A DNA stretch of 58,505 nt, filler included, from Sphacelaria rigidula (Eukaryota): assembly GCA_964200075.2 (NCBI GenBank). It is 8 parts of 8 records of this genome, joined end to end, with 100 filler letters (N's around TTAATTAATTAA, not from the genome) between each part and the next. Parts side by side here need not be neighbours in the genome. Positions count along the whole stretch, not along the records: positions 21,979 to 29,204 come from CAXNAA020015874.1; positions 29,305 to 36,530 come from CAXNAA020015875.1; positions 36,631 to 43,855 come from CAXNAA020015876.1; 5 more parts are not named here. The stretch is one strand, 5' to 3'. Of the stretch, positions 25,576 through 36,699 are shown piece by piece (the first letter of the stretch is position 1; the number at the start of each line of letters is the position of its first letter). Both the position numbers and the translations under genes were made by a program. The notes beneath the pieces are model-generated. The model worked only from the letters and a program-made list of their open reading frames with translations. It made no database searches and was not told where the DNA came from.

Positions 25576-27876
25576 TGGAACAGTATTTTCGTTTTCGATG
25601 TTCCTTCCTGTACTTACACCTAACTCACTTACAGACAGACTGTTCGTCACAACAAAGCGTGTGCAGACGTGACTTCCGGAAAAGATACAAATGCCCCCCT
25701 CCCCCCTCCCCCCCCTCCTTGATATTTGTCCTGTGCAGAGAAAGACGTGCGATCCAGCCCACCTAGCGGGCGTCATCAGTTCGTTCTCTGTGTCTAAATT
25801 TGCCCCTGGTAACCCTCTGAGCACGAAGAATTTGGAACCATTAGTAGCAGAACCATCCCCCAGAAAACAGGACACTAATGTAGATTTTGCATACGTACCA
25901 GTACATGAACTCAACTGAGAGGCTCGCAACAGAGCGGTCATGGAAGTGGTTCCGATCTTTCGCTATCCGTATGTCTCAGCCATTTATACCGATGGTACAC
26001 TCTACGCGGGCATCTTCTGTCCAGGCGCAAATCTATTGCGGGTAGTGTACTTACTGTATCGCACTCTCCTATCGTTTTGTACTGTGGATCAAAGTAGGTG
26101 CGTAGCCAACGCGTCAACCTGGCTTAGTGACGGCGCTGGGCCCATGAAGAATCAATCCTCTGTTATCACCAGCGCAACAGGATATTGATTTCATCTTCTA
26201 TGATACTGTACTATTGCCTGTACTTCAAGTGCAGAGGCGTTCAAGTAGATATACTCCCAGGGAGGGGCTGGCAATTCGGATTCTCAAGATTCTCTCGTTT
26301 GCTGTTGCCGTGGGTGGGTGCTGTGAACCAAATGCTGTCACACAACCCCTGCTGTTTACGCATCGTCCTGTCGTCCGCATGGCCGCTGAGTGGAAACTTA
26401 GAGCTATTTGACGCTGCAGCGAGTACAGAGAGAGGTGGGTCGCAGCCTCGAGCCAGCTGCACTTCGCTTTTTCTACGATTGGGATGATCGTTGCATTATA
26501 CCGGTGGTCGCACATACAAAAACATACCGCTGCAGTCGTTCCGAGACAACGGTTATGACATAAAGACTTCATATCATAACCTTTGTTCCGAGAGAGAGAG
26601 GCGGGATTGTCCCAGTTTTGCCAACTCCAATGCGCGGCGATCAGGGCAAAAAAGAGTATCTGGGATGGCTTGATTACCTGCGGTCTGATAGCCTGATCAT
26701 ATGTCATGGGGGGGGGCAATCTGGTCCGATCACTGGGATTAATATCATCTGGGACTGTGATATTGGATTTTTCGACAGTTTGGCTCGAGATGACCTGGTG
26801 CTTTTGGGTGCTGTACAGTTTGTGCCTTAAAAATGGGCAATTACTTGTCTCAGGACTACAGATCGATATTCGGATCTTTATTGGGAGCTGACAGTGCGCA
26901 TGCACGGCTTACCCGTCCTGCTGTGGCCGTTTCGATGGTCAAACTGGCCAGCTCCCTTGAGCACCCGTGAGGCCCAACCGCAGAAGAATAAAAAATATTA
27001 TCATGTGTAATTGAGTATGTCACTCTCAAGTGTACATCTGAGGGGGTTGAGACAAGTACCTGGTACCTCCGGGTGCTCCTCATTATACAGGTGTAGGTCA
27101 CACTGCCCCCCCCCTCTTGCCCCCTATTAATTTCCGATTGCTCCGTGTGTTGCGTAAACGAGTATCGTACCTGCGGATGGAAGGAGTAAGGTGTGAGTTT
27201 GACCCCCAGGCGGGGCGGTTCATGTGCACTGCTTATGTGATCTTGCATGCTCGTGCTACAATGCTAGTATTGTTGTTGTTCGCATGATAGTACAGTAGAC
27301 GTATATGTCAGGTTCAAATGATGCCGACGCAAACAGGTTGCCCACTCTGGCGGTCAAAATGCACAAGTAATGACTTTGTGGCTATCCCGATGGGCCGCGG
27401 AATTGAGCGAAAAGTCTGCGTATGACGGTCGAGCTCTTGGAACTCTGAAGCGGGCTCGGACATATACGAGATGGGCATCTACAGGAAACAAAAACCATGT
27501 TTCGGCCAGTTTGGTCACGAACTTGTGTTGCTGAGTTCGCGGAAACTAAAAAGCTACTCCGTCGTGTATGTTTCAGTTTCAAAAAAACTATTATGGCCAA
27601 TTTATCGTCCCCTTGTATACATTACCCCGCCCCCTTGTATGCACTCCTCTTCCTATTGACAACTTACTTCGCTACGGCCTCTGACCAGTCTCCAGCCTGT
27701 CCTATAGTAGAGTACGTTCTACGGTGGTCATCTTGTCGTTCCCACTACATCTTCACCGCGTGCACACAGCGCAATTCGCTTACTACTGTTCGACTTCTTC
27801 CAATAAACGGAGATGCGCCTTCTCCTGGTTGCATACAGCACATACCCCTCCCTACCCCACTTCTCGCCCATCATAG

Positions 27877-28469
27877 GCAACCCATGTACGGCAGCAACCC
27901 GCACAGCAGCAGCGGCGGCGGCTGCGGCGGCGGCGGAAACAGCGGTAGCGCTAGTCTAATGCCCTATGGTCACCACCTCTACCAGCAACAAGGTAGCACC
28001 ATGATGAGGTCGAATAGTTCGAGTGCCACTGCGTCGGCGGACACAGCGGAACGTTTGCCTCTCCAAACAGGCTGCGAAGTTTGGGGGAGTCCTCCTGCGT
28101 CGGGAGGAGCAGAAGGACCGCAGCAGCAGCTTCAGCAGCAGCAGCTTCAGCAGCAGCAGCTGGAGCAGGTGCCGTACGTGGGACAAGAACCTCTGTACGA
28201 AAACTCTGGCGGTTGTTCGATGAAGGGATCATCTTCCAGAGGGTCCGCATCATCATTATCATCCGCATGCACCGGTACCACCTCGTCAGGGGATAATTCT
28301 TCAGGAATGGGGACTTCATCTTCCACAATCGGGGTGGGGTCGTCGCCATCTCCCTTGATAAAATCTCTTGGCGTTGGCGTGAGCAGCAATGGCAGCAGTG
28401 CTGATTTTGGTGGTGGCGGCGGGGTTGAGGGTGCAGGTGGTGCCGTTGGTTCTGACGTGGACTCTCGAG
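27877..28469 (+). CDS. Internal exon of a low-complexity Ser/Gly/Gln-rich protein (unknown function)
   Basis: Pyrimidine-rich tract and catag acceptor (27875-76), open frame PMYGSNPH...QQQLQQQQ...SDVDSR, strong donor G|gtgagt at 28470; the 5' part of the 339-aa ORF is probably intron read-through. Confidence 0.75.
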
Positions 28470-28906
28470 GTGAGTTCCGATATTTTGAGTGTAATGGAAC
28501 GTACCACAAAAAATAGGGCCTTAGGCCAACTCTTATGGAAGCGTTTGGAATTTATTTTGCAACAATTCCAGAGGATTTTTCTTATTTCTTTGTCATCAAG
28601 GTGAACGGGCACAAAATACACAACTACGGCAAAGAAAAAAAAAGTCGTTGAAAATTATTGCAAAATAAAATTCTCAACGCTCCCATAAGAGTTGACCTTA
28701 CTGCAGGCTGTGTCTTATCGGAACAAAAATAGAAGCAAAAAAAAAAGAGAGCAAGGCAGCCTACTTTCCCACCACGTCCACTTTGGGTCCTAATGCCGCT
28801 CCTTACAGACAAAAATAAAATTCAGGAGAAGTGCCTTTTTGGAGATTTTACGTCGTTTTACGCCCCACAAGAGAGCTAGGCGGAGTTTGACACCTTGGAA
28901 TGACTT

Positions 28907-29180
28907 TATCTACTAGTTGAGATGGTTCCAGGGCATGTTCCCGTTTTCCGGTGGCCGCAGTTGTCATTTTGGTCGAACAAGAATTTTTGAGGTGAGTTCA
29001 CCACTCGGTAGTTGACAGATAGTTCTCGGAAATTTATGGTTTGTGCAGGTGCTGATGCATTTCGAACAACACTAACACTAACCCTATCCCTAACCTCGAC
29101 CCCAACGAAGACATACCGAGAACCCTCGGGCAAGGGGGATGCAACGTGTTCCCTAGGCGAAGGGTGCGTTGCCAGACCTC
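28907..29180 (+). mobile_element. Non-autonomous element with degenerate telomeric repeats and a 3' hairpin (Helentron/HINE-like)
   Basis: aacactaacactaaccctatccctaacc followed by the hairpin gcaacg...ccct..aggg...cgttgc. Confidence 0.4.
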
Positions 29181-29204
29181 AAATCGGCGCCCCAGGCGCC
29201 GATT

Positions 29205-29304
29205 NNNNNNNNNNNNNNNNNNNNNNNNNNNNNNNNNNNNNNNNNNNNTTAATTAATTAANNNNNNNNNNNNNNNNNNNNNNNNNNNNNNNNNNNNNNNN
29301 NNNN
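29205..29304. other. Artificial contig linker
   Basis: Same spacer. Confidence 0.98.
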
Positions 29305-29628
29305 ATGACTAAGGCAAACAACAAATGAGTACGCCCCCCCCCCCCATAAAGAAAAGACGAGCCCAAAAGTGTCTCGAAGAAAATGGTCACACAGCGCCTG
29401 ATGTTCAGGTTCAGGCTGCATGAAGCGTCTCATATGGACGACATATTGGCGAGAACGAACCTAAGCGTGGGAATTCCCAGCTGTTCATCGTGAAGATTTT
29501 GCCTCCCCAAACCTGGCACATTTTTTCGAGCGCGGGGGGGGGGGGGGGGGGGGGCTTTGCAAAACGGGTTCGGGGCGGGGAAGGGGATATTCCTTAGTTG
29601 CAAAAAAAAACGTTTTTCCAGGTTGGCC

Positions 29629-29638
29629 NNNNNNNNNN
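29629..29638. other. Internal 10-N scaffold gap in low-quality poly-G sequence
   Basis: 10 Ns with long G homopolymers on both sides (~29530-29715). Confidence 0.9.
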
Positions 29639-30079
29639 CTGCTCCGCGTCCTTGCGCTGCGTCGCGCCCCGGGCGGGGGGGGGTGGGGGGGGCGGGGGGG
29701 GGGGGGGGGGGGGGCTATCGTAGACAGTGTCGACCGTGTGAAGTCGAATTTCCTGTATTCGCAACATAATCGCTCTTCACCGTTGGCCATTGTGTAAGAA
29801 AAATCCTATATCGTGTGACTGCACAGATATTCGAGCCCCCAACCCAAATGTCAAAAAGTTTCGAGGTCACCGACCAGGGTGTAGGGGCTGAAATTCATCC
29901 TATTCTGTACCACCGATACTTTCAAATTCGACCGGCTCGCATGACGATTTTGTTTTTTTTGTGTGTCTTTACGCCGATGTGCTGTACAGCAACCTGTTCC
30001 GCACAGGTCATAGCTAACTCCCTATACACACGGACAACATTGGAGTCGCCCCTTTCGCATGTGATGCGCGCCGACACAG

Positions 30080-31396
30080 ATACCATTGGATCAGCAACGC
30101 ATCAAGCCTTCGAGCGTGGCGTGGACCGTGGTCATGGTGCCCCCGTCGCTGGTGACGGGTACTAATTTTTCACATCGCTTGAACAGTACCGCGAGTTCGA
30201 ATATTTCGAGAATACGGTACCCGTCACCCCCCGTAGCAGCATGGCGACCACGGTCGACGCCATGATCTGGGGCTCACTTGCTTGAACACTGCTTCGGAAG
30301 TGTGAAGATAGTTGATTACGGTACTCGTATGCCGGAAGGAAGATGACAATGACCTCATCCGCTGCGGGGAGTTGTTGGCTGTGAGGATGTGGGCTATTGC
30401 ACAGCGGCATGGGAACGTAAGGCGAATGCCGTGCCGGCTGTGTAGATATTTTCAAAACCAAGAACACACTCAGTCGCGAAAAGGACGAACGTGAGACCCA
30501 CAGATGTGAGCCTGACAACGTGAACCATGTGAAAGAGGACCGCCGAGGGGGTGTTGTATCCCGTCAGGATAGACCAATCGGAACGAAACAGAGCCTGCAA
30601 CTGAAGAATTAATAATACATGCATTTACGCGGCCAGCAGCGAACCTCCTACTCTCGAATATTTCCTCTTGTTAAACCTCAGGTATGGAAACCTCACCAGC
30701 CATGAGCTGCGAGTACACCCTCCCGGAAGGGTGTACCATCGGCAAATATGTCGGCGCAGAAAATATGCTCGTCGGCACTTTGGTCATAATCTATCACACT
30801 GGTCATGATCCAGCCTTTCTCTCCACAACATGTCCCCTCTCCAGGGATCGATGCAACGCCTGTTTGTGTGCCTCTGTTGACTTTCTAGACGACTATCAGG
30901 TAGAAGAAGCTCTGGTAGGTCTCATTTCATCTAATAAAGCGGGTGATTTCAAAAGAAAACACCTTGTTACGATCTGGTGGTCTAGTTTTGTCACACCGAA
31001 AAATGACGACACGCGATCTTCTTCTTGGGGCATGCCGTACATGAACTGTTATCGGTCGTCAGGTGTCGACGGCCACGGCTGTGCAGCAGGTTTGAGCCAC
31101 GAGAAGACCTGGGCGCGTTGATGCACCGCCTTATAAAGGCAGCAAACGCCTTACAAAGGCAGCAATATTGCTGCAAGATCGTGATCGGGTGTGCGCACGA
31201 CAGACACAGGGTTGTCAGCTGTAGTCATGTGCTGGGGGTTTCATAGATTATCGTGTGGCCAGTTCGTGCAGCCGTGCCGATCCGATCGCATACTCTGGCG
31301 TTCCCGCCACACCGCTCACGAAAGCCGACAATGCAGTCGCACACTCGAGTGTCATGAGCCTCACCGCCTCCTCCTGCTACATCTGGTGCCCCGCAC
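30080..31396 (+). pseudogene. Possible decayed multi-exon gene (short Cys-containing exons)
   Basis: Several AG/GT-bounded coding-like blocks (~30080-30158, ~30320-30416, ~30888-30914, ~31247-31396), with stops; family not identified. Confidence 0.25.
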
Positions 31397-31522
31397 GTAA
31401 AGACATTTGGGGCATAGGAGACGCAGATATACCTCTGTTGAATCGTGTGTACTGCGGAGAAAACTAAGGGCAATGCACAACAATAAAGGGTACAAATCAG
31501 GGCAGTGCTGTGTACAGTACAG

Positions 31523-31735
31523 TGTATGCGTGAGAGGACCGCGTGCTTAGAGGACCGCGCCGTAGTTTAAAACACCGCAGGATCAACGTTTTTCAAAATC
31601 AATCAGGTCAGTACCTGGAGGTCCCATGCCCCTGACCAAAACCCTAACCCTAACCCTAACCCTAACCCTAACCCCCACCATAGGGATATTCAAATTCCGA
31701 TGCGGTCCTCTAAGCACGCGGTCTCACGCATTGCA
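31523..31735. mobile_element. TIR MITE family T with internal (CCCTAA)5
   Basis: TIR atgcgtgagaggaccgcgtgcttagaggaccgc / gcggtcctctaagcacgcggtctcacgcat. Confidence 0.88.
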
Positions 31736-31804
31736 ACAGTACAGTACAGTACAGTACAGTACAGTACAGTACAGTACAGTACAGTACAGTACAGTACAGT
31801 ACAG
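31736..31804 (+). repeat. (ACAGT)n pentanucleotide microsatellite
   Basis: About 14 units seen directly. Confidence 0.97.
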
Positions 31805-34800
31805 AGAGCGGGAATGCGACAAGCGCAAGGAAAAAACTACTTCCAACCGATATCACAACATGGCTAGGTAGGTGCGATGAATTGTCGTTGTCTCACAAGT
31901 TCTCATCTATCGTCGTGCGATCAGCTGGTGTTGTATGGCGACATTTGGATGTGATGGCGGAGATGAAGATCTGTTAACCGCATGCTTCGACGACCGATCC
32001 ACTGCCTGCTAGAAAGGCCGTCGTCGTACCGCCACAATCCCTGATGCCGTGAGCATACTTCACCACACCCTTCAGCTACGCACTGGACATGAGGACACCC
32101 CGGGCACAAAATCACAGCTCCGCCGCAACCGCGCGTAGTATATTGGCAGTTTGAGTGCACTACAGTAACGCACGGCACGGCATTATGCAGTGCACTTCAC
32201 CCAGTTCAGTACCGTCTACACCTCGGTATGATACAGTTGTAGTTTGGCAAACAAAAATCACGACTGATGGATACCGTCGTACGGCTAGGTATGATGCATC
32301 ATTCGTTTCCTCCCGAGCCCTGCTCGTTTGATGCACGCAGCGACAAGCGTTACGCCCGTCCTCAGTTAGGCCTGCGAGCTTTGACAGCTTTTGATGGGAA
32401 TACATTTAGTATCTCCACGCAGACAACGCTGTGCGGTACAGTACGCTCAAAACTCGTTCGCTGCATGCGCTCTGTCGGACCCATGACCAGCATCGACCGC
32501 CCCAAGCCAAACGACTAGGCATATACAGTACGCTAGATATTTCGAAACCTACACGCGGCTCCTCCGGGGTCTCTCCCTCCAGCTATCCAGTCGTGGTCCA
32601 GGCCCACCCCGAGGTCACACATACTATTGGGTACATTTGGACCAAGTGGTGACATGCTCCAGTCGAAGTTTATATAGCGGACACAATCGGTCGATCTTGC
32701 CCCAAAGCGCCTCATGTCCGTATCTAGCGCCACGCCACTTCCGACCGTTGTATGTGCCTGTGAACCTATATGCGAATGGCCTCCTCGCGTTGGGCACAGT
32801 GCTGTAAGCGTGATGGTCCTCGAGTGTACGGTAGCATGGTGATACTGAGGGGAACCCCCCCCCCCCCGAAGCCAGGATCGTGGACCCATTATGTTTTTGT
32901 AATGGTGTCATCTCATAGTTATGTACGGAGAATTACACCCCCCCCCGAATATATGTCGATGACATCACTCAAAACAAGGTCATTGTCTCTGTCTGATCAA
33001 GAGAGCGCGCCGTTCCAAGACGTCCTTTCAGCACCACGACAACATCAAGCAATGACGTCGAGATTGAGCGTCAAGGCGAACGTGGCTAGAGCTTTCAAAG
33101 TGAGCACGTGTTGATCCGTACTTGAGCTGCTACAGTAGTAAGGAAGAATGCGAATCGACGTGGGCCATTAGTTCGAAGTCTACACGTACAAGCCGCATCT
33201 GCCGTGCTCCAATTAAGACTTGGTTTCCACCAAAGTCGACGGCTGGCGAGAGCGAGTAGGAGGATTTCGAGCAAGTACCCGAACGTTCCTTTGGCCGTGA
33301 AGCTGGGTTATCAAGGGTGGCACGTCTACCTCAGGGTAGATCCTCTTGGCTGCAGTCTCTTTGTGGTGTCCGTGTGACCTCCAAATTTGGACTCGCGTTT
33401 CTGGCTTGTATCACGACATGTAAAGTACAGTATATTCTACCACATGCGAACCGGCGGATGTACACTGTACACTGTCCCGTGGAGAGTAGATGTAAAAGGC
33501 ACGTGTGTGACAGGTAGGTAAGTGCCAGCGCGAGGCTTACCATTGGGGAACATGAATGTGGATGTACCCACTTCTGTTTTGAGAAGAGGGATGACGCGTG
33601 GATTTTGCCGCCGTTTAGGTGTAGCCAGAACAACATCTCGGTGTGCGACCCTGTGTTGTGTGTGTGGGGCACTCTGCTTGCGAGCATCTCGACAACGAAT
33701 ACAGCACCAAAAACATCAGAAACCCAGATAAACACAGCCTGTTGCGCAGAGAATGAAAGATGGCTGGACTGATCAGCCGAAATATGTCCCTGATTGCGGG
33801 CGTCGGTGTCTCTGGAGCCTTCGGGCTTCGGCCGCGACAGGCGCGTTGTTTTTTGTTTATTTGTCGTGTACAGGGAATTTTTTGAACTGAAAAGATCTGT
33901 CTATCTGGCTGTTACGTACTGTGTTGTACACTGCGGGTGATCCACAATCGTAATGAAGATCCAGCGCATCTTCCTGCCTCAAGCCCGCGCCTATCCCAAC
34001 GCTGCCCCTCGTATCCCCCTCGGTGTCGACGCGCGTTGTGCACTGTAGTAGTGGTGTCTCAGTTTGACGTGCTATTGTCCTTGTCATTATCATGTACAGT
34101 CGCTTTTTCAGAGTCCAAAAAGGTCCAGTCTAGGCAATGTTTGGGCGTTCTATCCGCGGCAAATATTTTTCAACCATTGCTTGCAGGCATTTATCTGGGT
34201 ACTGTACAAGCTCTCCGAGGTGGGCATTTTTCGTCGGAAACGTGCTGTTCTCGCCCATCTCGTCGGGGAAAAGTACTTTTTCTTGGAAACACGGAAGTTT
34301 GTCCGCAACGAGTTTTCGAAAATACTTCCCACTTCTCACCAAGCGCGCGCTGTAGCCAGCTGTACAGACAGTTCATGGACGAGGTACAGCTGCATACAGC
34401 ACAGCACAGTACAGTACAGATAGCACGCACGAATCACCACATAACAACACTACAACACAGTCAGTACCGTTGTCCAACAGTACAATGAGTTTTAACAGTA
34501 TGCACAGGTGCAGCACAGAGCTTTACACTACATGCATGCACGCGCAAATAACGTCAGCGAAACGCTTCACTGTACATGCAGTGCAGCAGCACAGACCGAG
34601 CGGCACAGACAACAAACGGCTGTAGGCAACAGGCATGGTGGCGATCGCTGTTTCGTGTTCCAAATGGATTGTGGTAAAAATCACGCGAGTGGGCACTCCC
34701 ACTTTGGTGTGCAAAGCCATCAAACGGTTTTCAGAGCTGCAAGACACGGTTTGGGATATTTTTCAGAGATCGGACAAGTCATTCAGACGAGTGCACTCGT

Positions 34801-34816
34801 GGGTGTTTTTCCAAAA

Positions 34817-35880
34817 CACAACGAGCATGGCTTGAGTGCTCGTCTTATGATTTTTTTCCACAACGAGCAATGACTCGAGTGCTCGCCCTATTGATTGTTT
34901 CCACAACGAGTAATGACTCGAGTGCTTGCCATATTATTTCTCTCACAACGAGCAATGACTCGAGTGCTCGCCCTGTTATATTTTTCCACAACGAGCAATG
35001 ACTCGAGTGCTCGCCCCATTCATGTTTTCCACAACGAGCATTGACTCGAGTGCTCGTCCTATTATTTTTTCCACAACGAGAAATGACTCGAGTGCTCGTC
35101 CTGTTGATTGTTTTCACGACGAGCGATGACTCAAGTGCTTGCCCTATTATTTTTCCCACAACGGGTAATAACTCGAGTGCTCACCCCATGAATGGTTCTC
35201 CACAACGAGTAATGACTCGAGTACTCGCCCTATGAACTTTTACGGCCAACGAGCATGGCTCTAGTGCTTGCCCTGTTAATTTTTTCCACAACGAGCAATG
35301 ACTCGAGTGCTCGCCATACTATTTTTTTCCGCAACGAGCAATGACTCGAGTGCTCGCCCTATTATTTTTTCCCGCAACGAGCAATGACTCGAGTGCTCGC
35401 CCTATTGATTATTATCACAACGAGCAATGACTCGAGTGCTTGCCATATTATTTCTCTCACAACGAGCAATGACTGGAGTGCTCGCCCCATTCATGTTTTC
35501 CACAACGAGCATTGACTCGAGTGCTCGTCCTATTATTTTTTTCCACAACAAGCAATGACTCGAGTGCTCGTCCTGTTGATTGTTTTCACGACGAGCGATG
35601 ACTCGAGTGCTTGCCCTATTATTTTCCCCACAACGAGTAATAACTCGAGTGCTCACCCCATGAATGGTTCTCCACAACGAGTAATGACTCGAGTACTCGC
35701 CCCATGAATTTTTACGGCCAACGAGCATGACTCTAGTGCTTGCCCTATTAATTTTTTCCACAACGAGCAATGACTCGAGTGCTCGCCCTACTATTTTTTT
35801 CCACAACGAGCAATGACTCGAGTGCTTGCCCTATTATTTTTTCCCGCAACGAGCAATGACTCGAGTGCTCGCCCTATTAA
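34817..35880 (+). repeat. Hairpin minisatellite: 25 units of ~42-44 bp with a higher-order duplication
   Basis: Core CACAACGAGCAATGACTCGAGTGCTCGCCC plus a 12-14-nt T-rich variable linker; units 2-13 are repeated as units 14-24. Confidence 0.95.
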
Positions 35881-36530
35881 TCTGTACTGCCAGCGAGCAG
35901 CCCAACGAGTGCGAGTGCCACGAGTCACAGTCGTGCGCGTCCAGCGTATGATATTTTTGTCAATATAAAGTTGCCAAGAAAGGGTCGCTGCCTGAACGGT
36001 TTCACAGCATTTTTTGGACAACAAGAACTGGCCTTGAGGAGAGATCGTGGTTTTATTATGCGGGCGGGGAGAGGGGGCACCGCCATCGTTTTGAAAGCAT
36101 TCGAAGGCTGATCGGCATCCGAAATCAACGTCGGTTGGAGCAAAAAATAATGACCCATGGCACTTCATCAACGACAGGGGGGCAACTTGGGGCTGTCGTA
36201 GTATAAAAAGGGAACGTACGTTGAAAATGTGCTGCGCGTGAAACACACGATCGTGTCGGCAAACACACACACCGACGCACATGAACAAAATCACATTACC
36301 CCAAGCGAGCAGAATCGCAAGACTGTTTTGTTCCGGTGCGACTCAATCGGCGTGTGGTGACGGCGCTGTTCATGTTCAAGTGCCCATGAAAGTATCTGCC
36401 AAGAGACGATTGACTGACCCCGTACTGCGAGCTGAGTTGTGAGTGCTACTTACTGTTTTCGCTGATCATGGAAGATATTACCCCCTGTTAACAACAAATT
36501 GTGCGAGTTGAGGTTTAACTTCGAGACGAG

Positions 36531-36630
36531 NNNNNNNNNNNNNNNNNNNNNNNNNNNNNNNNNNNNNNNNNNNNTTAATTAATTAANNNNNNNNNNNNNN
36601 NNNNNNNNNNNNNNNNNNNNNNNNNNNNNN
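36531..36630. other. Artificial contig linker
   Basis: Same spacer. Confidence 0.98.
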
Positions 36631-36699
36631 ATCCTGGCGTACTCTCGCATATTTTCAAAAGCCGTGTTTTGGATGAGATGAAGGGCTCCTAACAATTCT

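Noticed and set aside
26225..26905. 226-aa minus-strand ORF
   Set aside because: No recognisable motif or splice support; likely a chance ORF in repeat debris
31641..31672. True telomere or chromosome end
   Set aside because: The short CCCTAA tract is enclosed by the TIRs of a dispersed element
35402..35806. Repetitive ORFs (GRALESLLVV / NRASTRVIARCG)
   Set aside because: Translations of the minisatellite; unit lengths vary by 1-2 nt, so no frame is conserved
34817..35880. CRISPR array
   Set aside because: The spacers are only 12-14 nt, resemble each other and are block-duplicated; there is no leader or cas gene, and the context is eukaryotic
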